In this document: piece after piece, positions 1 to 8,390 of the stretch
Numbering within the stretch: position 1 is the first letter of the stretch
Layout of the letters: the number at the start of each line of letters is the position of its first letter
Virus record (IMG/VR): IMGVR_UViG_3300033508_000635
Location: 1 to 32,846 of that record
Source: a virus
Lineage: Duplodnaviria; Caudoviricetes
Reading direction: 5' to 3' (one strand)
DNA: 32,846 nt
Program-made: the position numbers and the translations under genes
Notes under the pieces: generated by a model
What the model was told of the DNA's origin: nothing
What the model saw: the letters and a program-made list of their open reading frames with translations, nothing else
Database searches by the model: none

Positions 1-270
1 ATACGTAAAAATTCACAAGCTTTAAACAAAGCACTTGAACCGTATAATGCAGTGCGTAAAACATTATTCGAAAAATACGGGGAGGTTCACGAGTCAGGAC
101 AAACGGTAGTAAAAGAGGAACATTTAATTACTTTTTATGACGAGTTAAATAGTATCAACGAGGTTGAGGAAGAACTTGAGTTGGCTATTATTGATTTTAC
201 AACTATTGAAAATGCCGAGTTGTCCGCCTTAGATTTAAACAAACTGGAGTATTTACTTAAGTTTGAATAA
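1..270 (+). CDS. Phage hypothetical protein, 5'-truncated (resembles DUF1617-type proteins)
   Basis: Frame 1 is open from base 1 (IRKNSQALNKALEPYNAVRKTLFEKYG...), so the track's start at 52 is an edge artefact. Helical and acidic. Confidence 0.6.
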   Translation: MRKNSQALNKALEPYNAVRKTLFEKYGEVHESGQTVVKEEHLITFYDELNSINEVEEELELAIIDFTTIENAELSALDLNKLEYLLKFE

Positions 271-299
271 AAACGCGGGACAACTCGGTAAAATTATTA

Positions 300-336
300 A
301 ATTGAAGGTTATTTGGATTGAAAATAACCTTCAATT
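300..336. terminator. 15-bp perfect inverted repeat at a convergent gene junction
   Basis: AATTGAAGGTTATTT (300-314) / AAATAACCTTCAATT (322-336) with a 7-nt loop, overlapping the stop of the last - strand gene. Confidence 0.6.
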
Positions 337-752
337 ATTCGATTTGAGTTATTAATTATCGAATGTAGGTCCTTCATAATAAGTTGACTGGTTTCCATTA
401 TTTTGTGGTTATTCTGCAACAAATCCATGAACCTATTCATTAGTGAGTAATACTCCTCCATTTGTTCTTCTTTGTCGGTCAACCTTGCCGTTTGTATTTC
501 ATGAATGGTATCCATAGCAAGCTGTAATTTTTTTTCCAAATTATCGACCTGCTGTTTCAAATAAATATCCGCGGCCAAAGACTTATCCTCTAACGAGGAC
601 TTATTCTTTTTGTTCTCGTTATAAGTATCCTCTATCCATTTACGCATCAGTACCGCCATGGCGAGTAAACCACCGGTCGGTAAACCATAAGAAATTACGA
701 GGTCTGTTATGCCATTCGGAGGCACGTTCAATAAATTATTTAGTAGGTCCAT
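309..752 (-). CDS. Membrane-anchored coiled-coil protein, putative holin-like
   Basis: One hydrophobic segment (LVISYGLPTGGLLAMAVLM) followed by RK and a coiled coil. Last gene of the late operon. Confidence 0.45.
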   Translation of the reverse strand: MDLLNNLLNVPPNGITDLVISYGLPTGGLLAMAVLMRKWIEDTYNENKKNKSSLEDKSLAADIYLKQQVDNLEKKLQLAMDTIHEIQTARLTDKEEQMEEYYSLMNRFMDLLQNNHKIMETSQLIMKDLHSIINNSNRIIEGYFQSK

Positions 753-849
753 TTTTCTTGTCTTTATTGTTTAAGTGTTTTTTATAAGCTAAACCACAAG
801 CTAATATTATAACCGTTCCGTATAGGAAAAAAATAAAAGCATCATACAT
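736..849 (-). CDS. 37-aa single-TM peptide (not in ORF track)
   Basis: MYDAFIFFLYGTVIILACGLAYKKHLNNKDKKNGPTK*; fills the gap between two genes and overlaps the next start codon. Confidence 0.6.
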   Translation of the reverse strand: MYDAFIFFLYGTVIILACGLAYKKHLNNKDKKNGPTK

Positions 850-864
850 GGTATTTTTAATTTT

Positions 865-1443
865 TTAATAAGTTACGTCTAAATAATGGTCAATGGAATT
901 GCTTCCAAAGTAGCTGGTTCCAGTAGGTTCTATATTCAAATAATCATGTGAGTACTCACGCACAAAAAAACTAATAATTCCTTTATTATTTAATTCGGTT
1001 AATGCGTCAGAATTTAAAATAACTTTAAAATACGGGTAAGTATTTATAGTAATAATTTCTGAACTCACACCAAAATTACCTGAAAAATTATCATAATCGT
1101 CAGTAATTAAAGTCCCTGAGTTATTACATTTTTGTACTATTATATCAATAGTCGGGGCGGCACTATAGTTATTCACATATAGTATAGCTTCTTTTATTTG
1201 CCCGGATATAGCTGCCAAATCAAAACGGGCAACCATTCTATAAATATAAAAATTTGAATCAGGTCCTTTAGCACATACAACAGATGTTGAAGACCCTCCC
1301 ACTGCACCGGTAGTTGCATCATGGATTGTTGCAAAAACTGCCCCTGATTTTGAAATAACAGCTTTATAGCTGGTAGATAAACGGGAGGTTACCGGTACTT
1401 TAGCACCACCGCTAAACTTGAAAAAAAAAGTTCCGTTTCCCAT
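865..1443 (-). CDS. Tail-associated beta-sandwich protein (DNRLRE/CBM96-like)
   Basis: Motif RMVARFDLAAISGQIKEAILYV. TAATG stop-start coupling with the tail fibre gene. Confidence 0.5.
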   Translation of the reverse strand: MGNGTFFFKFSGGAKVPVTSRLSTSYKAVISKSGAVFATIHDATTGAVGGSSTSVVCAKGPDSNFYIYRMVARFDLAAISGQIKEAILYVNNYSAAPTIDIIVQKCNNSGTLITDDYDNFSGNFGVSSEIITINTYPYFKVILNSDALTELNNKGIISFFVREYSHDYLNIEPTGTSYFGSNSIDHYLDVTY

Positions 1444-4400
1444 TAGCTTGTAATTTTTGAAATAGAGACTAAAACATTCGTAGGTGCGTATGACGTGAAA
1501 TTGACCATGTACTTCGAATTAATTTCCAAATTCTGTAACACGCCTGCTACTACCACACCGTTCAAGCCCTCGAAGGTTATACCGCTTTGGCTTAGCGTTA
1601 TGGTTCGTAAGGTTGCACCCATAGTCAGTATTACGGTAGCGGTTACTTCCGGGTTTATATTCGTAAATGCCCAAGTTTGGTTTCCGCCGGGCGTATTGCT
1701 GTACATAGTTGTACTATTGAAATCAATAGTAGTGCCCATGGCTACTGCGGCATCTTTGAAAACTCGGGCACCGCGGCTGCTAATGAAACCAGTTACAGAG
1801 CTATTGCCGGCAACAGTTAATCCATTTGTTGTGAAATATCCAACTTCGGTAAGCTCAGTTCCTGATGTAGTTGAAGTCGTCAATAAAAAACCAAGTCTTG
1901 ATTGAGATGAATCGTTCGCAAAACCTATAGCTGAAGCTCTATGACCTGTATTATTTACAGCAGGTAACGTATTTCCAAACTTAATATTTGAACCAATAAA
2001 ATAACCTCGCCAATATTCACCAACTCCATTTGAACCGATTATATTCCAATCAATATCATTACCAGCACCTTTGAAACTGGCTATTTCCCTGACTATTGTA
2101 TCTACTACAGTTAATTTTGCTGTAGGTGTAGTGGTACCAATACCAACGTTTCCAAATGGAAACACCCAATCAGCAAAACCAACAATAGTTTGATATCCAC
2201 TTGTTAATTCTACATATTGACGTGTTGTTGAAGATACGTGATTAATATGTATATTGGGTTTATAGGTAGAATCCAATACTAATGAATTAAATATTCTATT
2301 AGTTCCTAACGCTGTATTAATGATGTTTAACTTCGCATCTGCAAATGGATATGAAGATGTGCCACCGATAAATATATTCGCATTCACATCCTCATAAACC
2401 CCACTGTTAACCATCCCACCATTAACATACTTACTAAGGTAGTTAACCCCAAGGTTCGTATTATACAGTACACTTGCCGGCAAATCGCCTGCTGCAATCG
2501 TACTGCTATACAACTTATGCGTAGTAGTATTATATTTCGTGAATTGTCCGTTCGTCATACTGTCTTCGCGTGCGGCTATAATCGACAATGCACCTACATC
2601 ACCCACACGAGCAAAACCATCAACCCCTACAGCTAATTGTAAGTCATTTACACCATTGTATTTAATAATTTGAAAGCCACTTAATTCACCAGGACCCAAT
2701 GGCAAAGTAGCTCCATTTCTTGTATAAATCAATGCATCAGTCACCCTTAACTCGTCGACAAATACTATTTTGCCCGTTACTTGTTGGTATATATCACCAT
2801 TAAATACTACATCCCCATTGAAAGTAGTAGTATTAGTAAATGATTTTTCACCAACAATTGTTTGCGCTTCGTCGTCGATATGCCCGTCCTTAACTCCTGC
2901 CCCGGCTTTTAAAACGTCGGTTAGACCTGCGTGTGAAGTAGGATTAATACCTTTACCCAATGCTGAAACTCTCCAGTCAACATAACTTTCGTTTTGGTCA
3001 GTCAATCGAATACGAGACTTAGTGGTATTGGTGAAAGCTGCGGCAACATACGTAATACTTGAAGTACTCGAACCATTATCTACCCCTACAAAAGTAAAAG
3101 TATTTTCGTCAATTATTGTAATTGTCTTATTACCTGTGGTTTGACTACCTCCTATAGCGGTAACATTAACTACTTCACCGGTAATTAATTTATGATTCGT
3201 CGAAACCACGGTAATTAAGCCTCCTACTCTACTCCAAGTCGAGGTAACCGTTATATTGGTATTTCGAGTCTGAAAAATAATAGTACCAATTAGGACCGCT
3301 TCTTGTATAGCAAATCCATTCTTTATACTGGCTGCTTCATTATTCGCCCCAGACCGCGCTGCACTGACAGTAGTATATTCATTCTGCCCCATTGCGGTAA
3401 TATATCGTTTTGTAACTCCATTCACCACAAAGCGGTGGTATAGTACGAAATTATTATTACCTACTTCGGTCAAATAATAAGACCCTAACAATAACTGATT
3501 ATAATATAATCGACCATTCGATGGAGCATTTAATACTGAAAAATTAGCCTGCTCACGGGTTCTAAAATATGAAGGACCTAATAAATAAGACACCGGTACT
3601 GTTGCATTTGGAGGTGAGTAAGTACCAACATGCGTAATATCCTCGTCAGCGTAGACACCTTCACTTATACCATATTGACTATGTTGGTCAGAAGTTCCAA
3701 GCCCTACTACAAAATCACTCAAACCAAAACCTGAACCGTATTGTGCCCTCAAATATAAATGGTTATATAAATGTACAGAAGACGGCATGTTAATACCGTG
3801 ACGTTCTTCAAATAAGTCAAACTCTACTTTTTTGTCGGTTGCATTCCAATATAAAGAAGCTACAAACGCATATTTTAAAATAACGTCTTGTATTTGACTT
3901 GGTGTTGGTGCGTGCAAGCAAACCAAACTTTCACCGGTATAATAAAACCAATGTTCACCTTCAACATCGGTCCAATTTACCGAGACTGCGGCGGGTTTTT
4001 CAAATTTTTCACCTTCCACATAATAATGAAATGGACTAACTATAGGGGTCTGTGTGAATTGTCTGGTTAATTCATTATACGACAAAGTGGTATTAGTTTT
4101 TTGTGTAGGAGGAAATCCATTAGTATCGGTAAGCTCGATAGTCAAATCTGAGCTAATAATATCTACCACAATAACTCCATTGATATTTACAGAACCTACT
4201 GCCCCGATAACAATTGGATAACCACCATCCGTAGGGCGCGTAGTTGTAGGGTCGCCGCTCCCGTCTTCACTTAAATATATTAAGTCGCCTAAAATTAAAG
4301 CGGTCGTATCGAACCCATCAACCGGACCTATTTTAACCACGGTCCCTGCCGAGTTTGGTTGTATATCAATATCAACCACACCTACTAACCTACTTTCATT

Positions 4401-4904
4401 CTTTACACGAGCATTTGCATATTTTATAGTAGGCATACCTTGGTAATTACCATCAGGAGTTACAATTTTACCTTTTGGTATCACATTGTTGGTATTATTG
4501 TATACCTTAATTTTTACAATAAAACCTTCTTGTTCGTCCAAAAACACCAACTCGTCATTTATAAATTGATATAACGATTTTATCGGATTCACTGAATTAG
4601 TTACAAATTGGCCTTCAACCAAGTCATTCACTAACCATTGAAGGTCATCTAAGGCGGTATAAATTTTATGTGAATCTATGGTAACAAAAGTATCCCCTAA
4701 TACAAAATAAGTAGGTAAGTCTGCCTCAACACCTATACCTAAATTTGCGACAATATTTTTCAGACCCGACGGGTTTCCAATTATTTCATGGGCCCCGTCT
4801 GCAAATATTTTGCAGGGGTTTCCATATATATCAAAACCAAAACCCATCTTACCGTCGGGGGATGGTAAAAAGGTTGTGGTCTTTGTCAAATTAATTTGTG
4901 CCAT
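1443..4904 (-). CDS. Long tail fibre / receptor-binding protein
   Basis: 1153 aa, G/T/N/V-rich and modular, with a GNVGIGTTTPTAKL fibre motif. Lies after the hub gene. Confidence 0.8.
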   Translation of the reverse strand: MAQINLTKTTTFLPSPDGKMGFGFDIYGNPCKIFADGAHEIIGNPSGLKNIVANLGIGVEADLPTYFVLGDTFVTIDSHKIYTALDDLQWLVNDLVEGQFVTNSVNPIKSLYQFINDELVFLDEQEGFIVKIKVYNNTNNVIPKGKIVTPDGNYQGMPTIKYANARVKNESRLVGVVDIDIQPNSAGTVVKIGPVDGFDTTALILGDLIYLSEDGSGDPTTTRPTDGGYPIVIGAVGSVNINGVIVVDIISSDLTIELTDTNGFPPTQKTNTTLSYNELTRQFTQTPIVSPFHYYVEGEKFEKPAAVSVNWTDVEGEHWFYYTGESLVCLHAPTPSQIQDVILKYAFVASLYWNATDKKVEFDLFEERHGINMPSSVHLYNHLYLRAQYGSGFGLSDFVVGLGTSDQHSQYGISEGVYADEDITHVGTYSPPNATVPVSYLLGPSYFRTREQANFSVLNAPSNGRLYYNQLLLGSYYLTEVGNNNFVLYHRFVVNGVTKRYITAMGQNEYTTVSAARSGANNEAASIKNGFAIQEAVLIGTIIFQTRNTNITVTSTWSRVGGLITVVSTNHKLITGEVVNVTAIGGSQTTGNKTITIIDENTFTFVGVDNGSSTSSITYVAAAFTNTTKSRIRLTDQNESYVDWRVSALGKGINPTSHAGLTDVLKAGAGVKDGHIDDEAQTIVGEKSFTNTTTFNGDVVFNGDIYQQVTGKIVFVDELRVTDALIYTRNGATLPLGPGELSGFQIIKYNGVNDLQLAVGVDGFARVGDVGALSIIAAREDSMTNGQFTKYNTTTHKLYSSTIAAGDLPASVLYNTNLGVNYLSKYVNGGMVNSGVYEDVNANIFIGGTSSYPFADAKLNIINTALGTNRIFNSLVLDSTYKPNIHINHVSSTTRQYVELTSGYQTIVGFADWVFPFGNVGIGTTTPTAKLTVVDTIVREIASFKGAGNDIDWNIIGSNGVGEYWRGYFIGSNIKFGNTLPAVNNTGHRASAIGFANDSSQSRLGFLLTTSTTSGTELTEVGYFTTNGLTVAGNSSVTGFISSRGARVFKDAAVAMGTTIDFNSTTMYSNTPGGNQTWAFTNINPEVTATVILTMGATLRTITLSQSGITFEGLNGVVVAGVLQNLEINSKYMVNFTSYAPTNVLVSISKITS

Positions 4905-4914
4905 AATTATTAGT

Positions 4915-5241
4915 TTAATTTACGTTTATTTGCCCATCACAATTAATAATACCATTGACTTCCAAAGTAAAAGTATTATAATCATAGTATAGTGGAATAT
5001 TCAATAACTCAGTTGTTTCAATTATACGCTTTACTCCGCCTATTACCATGCCATTTAGTTTTATACCCGTACCAGCCTGACTACCACCTCCATATTGCTT
5101 CATTACTCCATTTAAAGCTTGGTAAAAGTAATCTGTATCAACCGGGTAGTAAAACGCCTGTTCAACCCATTTAGGAGAGTCAGAAGTTAAACTAAGTATT
5201 TGCGACTCAGTACCGTATACAAAATTTACAGTTGCTGCCAT
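4915..5241 (-). CDS. Small tail tip protein
   Basis: Lies between hub and fibre genes, overlaps the upstream stop, beta-rich. Confidence 0.55.
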   Translation of the reverse strand: MAATVNFVYGTESQILSLTSDSPKWVEQAFYYPVDTDYFYQALNGVMKQYGGGSQAGTGIKLNGMVIGGVKRIIETTELLNIPLYYDYNTFTLEVNGIINCDGQINVN

Positions 5242-6743
5242 TCGGTTTCTTGTATTACATTAGTAATTTGGTTGCTTATTTCATTTACCGTGTATGAATT
5301 TTTTTCGATGTTGTAAATTGATTGCTGCGTACTAAAATTAGAACTTTTTAATAAATTTAGCAAACTTTTCGGCAAAATATCACCGAATTTAATACTATAT
5401 TTGTAAGGGTTTACTATATTTTGTTCAAGTTCTTTTATTTCATATATATTGTCGATTTGGAACACCGAGGAAACAATACGCACAGAATCCCCTATACTAA
5501 ATTCTACGTTATTCTGCAAAATATATTGTTCGTCGATAACTGCGTCGTAGAAATCCAATCCCTGACTTTTTTTATTTACATAGTCTTGAGTCGCTTGTTT
5601 CAATCGTTGTGCAGCTTCTGTAATATAAGATTCCGGCATTATAATGTCGAATAATTTATACGTATTCCCTACTTCTGCAAATAAAATACTATTAGGATAC
5701 TGACCACTTTCGTCGGTATAATAATCCATAGTTATTTTATTGGTAGCTGCGTCGAATGAAATATTAAAAGTCAAACCATTTAGCTTTCCGTCTAAAAATT
5801 GAATTTTAGGAGGTATACCGGGTGCTAAATGGTCGTTGATATTAAATTCTATTGAAGAGTCGAAAAACTCCCGGACGTCACTCGAAATTGCGCTTACATT
5901 CCCAATTTTTTCGGGTTTTATATCGTCAAACTCTTGCACACTTTCAATTATACCGTACTTATCAACATTATTACTTAATTTACTTTCATTATTGTCACCT
6001 ACAAATGCCAATCGGTTTTCACTCAGCAAAGGACTGTCATATGTTAATACTCCTTCATTTGCAGACCTTGGCGGCATGTTTTCCGTACTTCCGTATCCAT
6101 ACACCACGGTTTCAATGCTTTCACTTTCTACTCGAGTTCTGGTTAATTGCATTAAACCTACAAATCTACCGACCTGTAAAGTACGCGGTGAATTATAAGC
6201 TTTTTGGTCAAAATTTAAAATATTATTTTCCAAATACCATGAAATGCCCAATTGTTTTGTTATTTCAAGGACCGCGTCAAAAGCATTCCAATTATTAAAT
6301 TGAATAGTTAGGCTTGTGGTTTCTTTATAAATTCCGGCGGTGTATATCGGGTTATTTCTATTCAGATTTAATACAATGAAATCTAAAAAAGTTTTGGCAG
6401 TCCCGGTCAGTGAAAATTTATAGTCATTATAAAAACCACCTCCTATTTTTGCGGTCTGCAAAAAGATTTTATTTTTTTTAAGTTCGTGTAAGGGTCCTTC
6501 AAAAATACATTCGTAAGTATAATCCCCTGCACCCTCGATAGTATAGGGCTTTTTATTCAATACGTATTTTTGTTCGTTTTTGGTCAAAATAATATAATCC
6601 CCTATACGAAGGTCGGTGTAATTAGGGATAGTAAAAGTCAACCGGACAAGGTCCTCTGTTTGCTTTTTTTGAACTAAAACAGAAGACTCCTCCGGCTGCA
6701 CTTCAATAACCAAAATATTATTTCTAAATATTTGGTAGTTCAT
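5226..6743 (-). CDS. Tail hub / Tal-like protein
   Basis: Position after TMP and Dit. TVVYGYGSTENMP and KYGIIESVQEFDDIKP motifs typical of siphophage hub proteins. Confidence 0.75.
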   Translation of the reverse strand: MNYQIFRNNILVIEVQPEESSVLVQKKQTEDLVRLTFTIPNYTDLRIGDYIILTKNEQKYVLNKKPYTIEGAGDYTYECIFEGPLHELKKNKIFLQTAKIGGGFYNDYKFSLTGTAKTFLDFIVLNLNRNNPIYTAGIYKETTSLTIQFNNWNAFDAVLEITKQLGISWYLENNILNFDQKAYNSPRTLQVGRFVGLMQLTRTRVESESIETVVYGYGSTENMPPRSANEGVLTYDSPLLSENRLAFVGDNNESKLSNNVDKYGIIESVQEFDDIKPEKIGNVSAISSDVREFFDSSIEFNINDHLAPGIPPKIQFLDGKLNGLTFNISFDAATNKITMDYYTDESGQYPNSILFAEVGNTYKLFDIIMPESYITEAAQRLKQATQDYVNKKSQGLDFYDAVIDEQYILQNNVEFSIGDSVRIVSSVFQIDNIYEIKELEQNIVNPYKYSIKFGDILPKSLLNLLKSSNFSTQQSIYNIEKNSYTVNEISNQITNVIQETEWQQL

Positions 6744-6746
6744 TGT

Positions 6747-7457
6747 TTAGATTTTTGTTGCATTAAACGAAGCCGATACATTAAAAATAGTAATGTTCCC
6801 TGCTATACTACTAAAAAATAAAGTTCCGTCAGGGTTCAATACTAAAGTAACTCCGGTGGTTCCTAAAGTTACGTTTATCTGATTTACTGAATGTTTAATC
6901 ATATGGAAACTACCACCATACATGCCTAAATTAGTTACAATAGAAATTACGCAATATACAGTTTGTATGTACGCAGCTCCACTAATATCACCCGGGTTTA
7001 TATTATACTGCCCTCCAACTGTTTTTTGCATAGTTAATGACCAGGCCAACGATTTTGAACTTGCAATAGTATTCGAATCCATACACCAGGTTGAAGGAGT
7101 ACTGTCGTTTGTTACAAATAAATCTTTTTTCCATTGCGCCAACATTAATGTTTGGTGAGGTGAATTTAGTAAGCCTTCCCCGGTTTTACCGGTAACTTCT
7201 GCCTCAGTCGCCAAGCGTTGTATTCCTTTTCGAGTTGTAGTACTAACCGAATTGTAAAACGATTTAGGGGTAACCATTTGAAAATCATTTTCGTTATTTT
7301 CAATAATAGCTGAATACAACAAGGTAGTCAACAATACTTTTTTAGCATCTGAGGCGCCAAAATCAATATGGTCAACCGCAAAATATAACAATGATTTTAA
7401 GGCGCTTAAATCCCCTTGGGCAACTTCTTGTCCTAAAGTACGTATCCTTTGGTCCAT
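6747..7457 (-). CDS. Short tail-fibre-like protein
   Basis: Phage fibre repeat motif STTTRKGIQRLATEAEV preceded by MVTPKSF. Confidence 0.55.
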   Translation of the reverse strand: MDQRIRTLGQEVAQGDLSALKSLLYFAVDHIDFGASDAKKVLLTTLLYSAIIENNENDFQMVTPKSFYNSVSTTTRKGIQRLATEAEVTGKTGEGLLNSPHQTLMLAQWKKDLFVTNDSTPSTWCMDSNTIASSKSLAWSLTMQKTVGGQYNINPGDISGAAYIQTVYCVISIVTNLGMYGGSFHMIKHSVNQINVTLGTTGVTLVLNPDGTLFFSSIAGNITIFNVSASFNATKI

Positions 7458-7462
7458 AATAT

Positions 7463-8386
7463 TTAATTTATTAAAAGGTTATCGGTTGAATTAATTAAAA
7501 AGCTATCGGTTGCATTAATTAAAAGTCGAGCATTCCGCACCGAAATATAATTTGTTTGTATTTTAGTCGCGTATCCTTTTGCACTATTAAATACCTGCAA
7601 CGTTACTGTATATATTCCCGTATTTTGGTAGATATGCACCGGGTTTTGTTCTGCACTCGTTTGCCCGTCCCCAAAATTCCAGGACCAAATTTCTACCGAA
7701 CCTTCCGAAGTATCGGTAAAAGATACCGACAAAGGCCTTGAACCACTAACTACTGAGGCATCAAAATCAGCAATTAACGGAGCTACTTGTAATGCGTTTT
7801 TGTCAATATCAATTATAACATCAACCGGACCATTGTCTGCAAAATCTGACTTGGTATAATTCCCTGAATTAGTTACCAATTGCTGACTACCTTCACCCCA
7901 ATATAACATGGCGGTTTGTCCTTTTTCATAATTTATAACTACCTCGTTGTCAACAATTTCGGTACTATAATGCACCGCGTTCGGGTTCATATTTTTCAAA
8001 CCTAATTTAAAGTAGTACAAACTATTTTGATTTCTAATTGAAATATTACCGGTAATAGCTCCCGACCTTGCACATAATATTGCAGTCCTGATACTCCTCA
8101 CCGTGTCGCGTAAAGATAATACCACCACGCCTTTACTCATTAAATACGCACTTAAATTTTGGACTTTTAAAAATGCCTGGTATTCGTTTTCAGCTTTACA
8201 ATAACATGGTAAAATGAACTCGAAAGCATCCCACTTCTTTATACTCAGATTTTTGTCAACTCCTGATTTGTCAGCCCAAACCCGTTCGTTTTCACGTTCG
8301 GGTGCAGAATGCAGTACCGGTGTGTAATCTAATACATTTATACCGAATACTCCTAATAGGTCTTTATTATCAATTAGTATGTTCAT
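7463..8386 (-). CDS. Distal tail protein (Dit-like) with C-terminal PKD domain
   Basis: Directly after the TMP. Likely start MNILID at 8386 avoids overlap with the TMP. PKD signature ADFDAS...VSFTDTS...WSWNFGDG...QNPVHIY...YTVTL. Confidence 0.75.
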   Translation of the reverse strand: MNILIDNKDLLGVFGINVLDYTPVLHSAPERENERVWADKSGVDKNLSIKKWDAFEFILPCYCKAENEYQAFLKVQNLSAYLMSKGVVVLSLRDTVRSIRTAILCARSGAITGNISIRNQNSLYYFKLGLKNMNPNAVHYSTEIVDNEVVINYEKGQTAMLYWGEGSQQLVTNSGNYTKSDFADNGPVDVIIDIDKNALQVAPLIADFDASVVSGSRPLSVSFTDTSEGSVEIWSWNFGDGQTSAEQNPVHIYQNTGIYTVTLQVFNSAKGYATKIQTNYISVRNARLLINATDSFLINSTDNLLIN

Positions 8387-8390
8387 ATTT

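Noticed and set aside
865-7457. Diversity-generating retroelement or invertible tail-fibre cassette
   Set aside because: No reverse transcriptase or invertase, and I saw no TR/VR-like ~100-bp repeat pair or flanking inverted repeats in the window.
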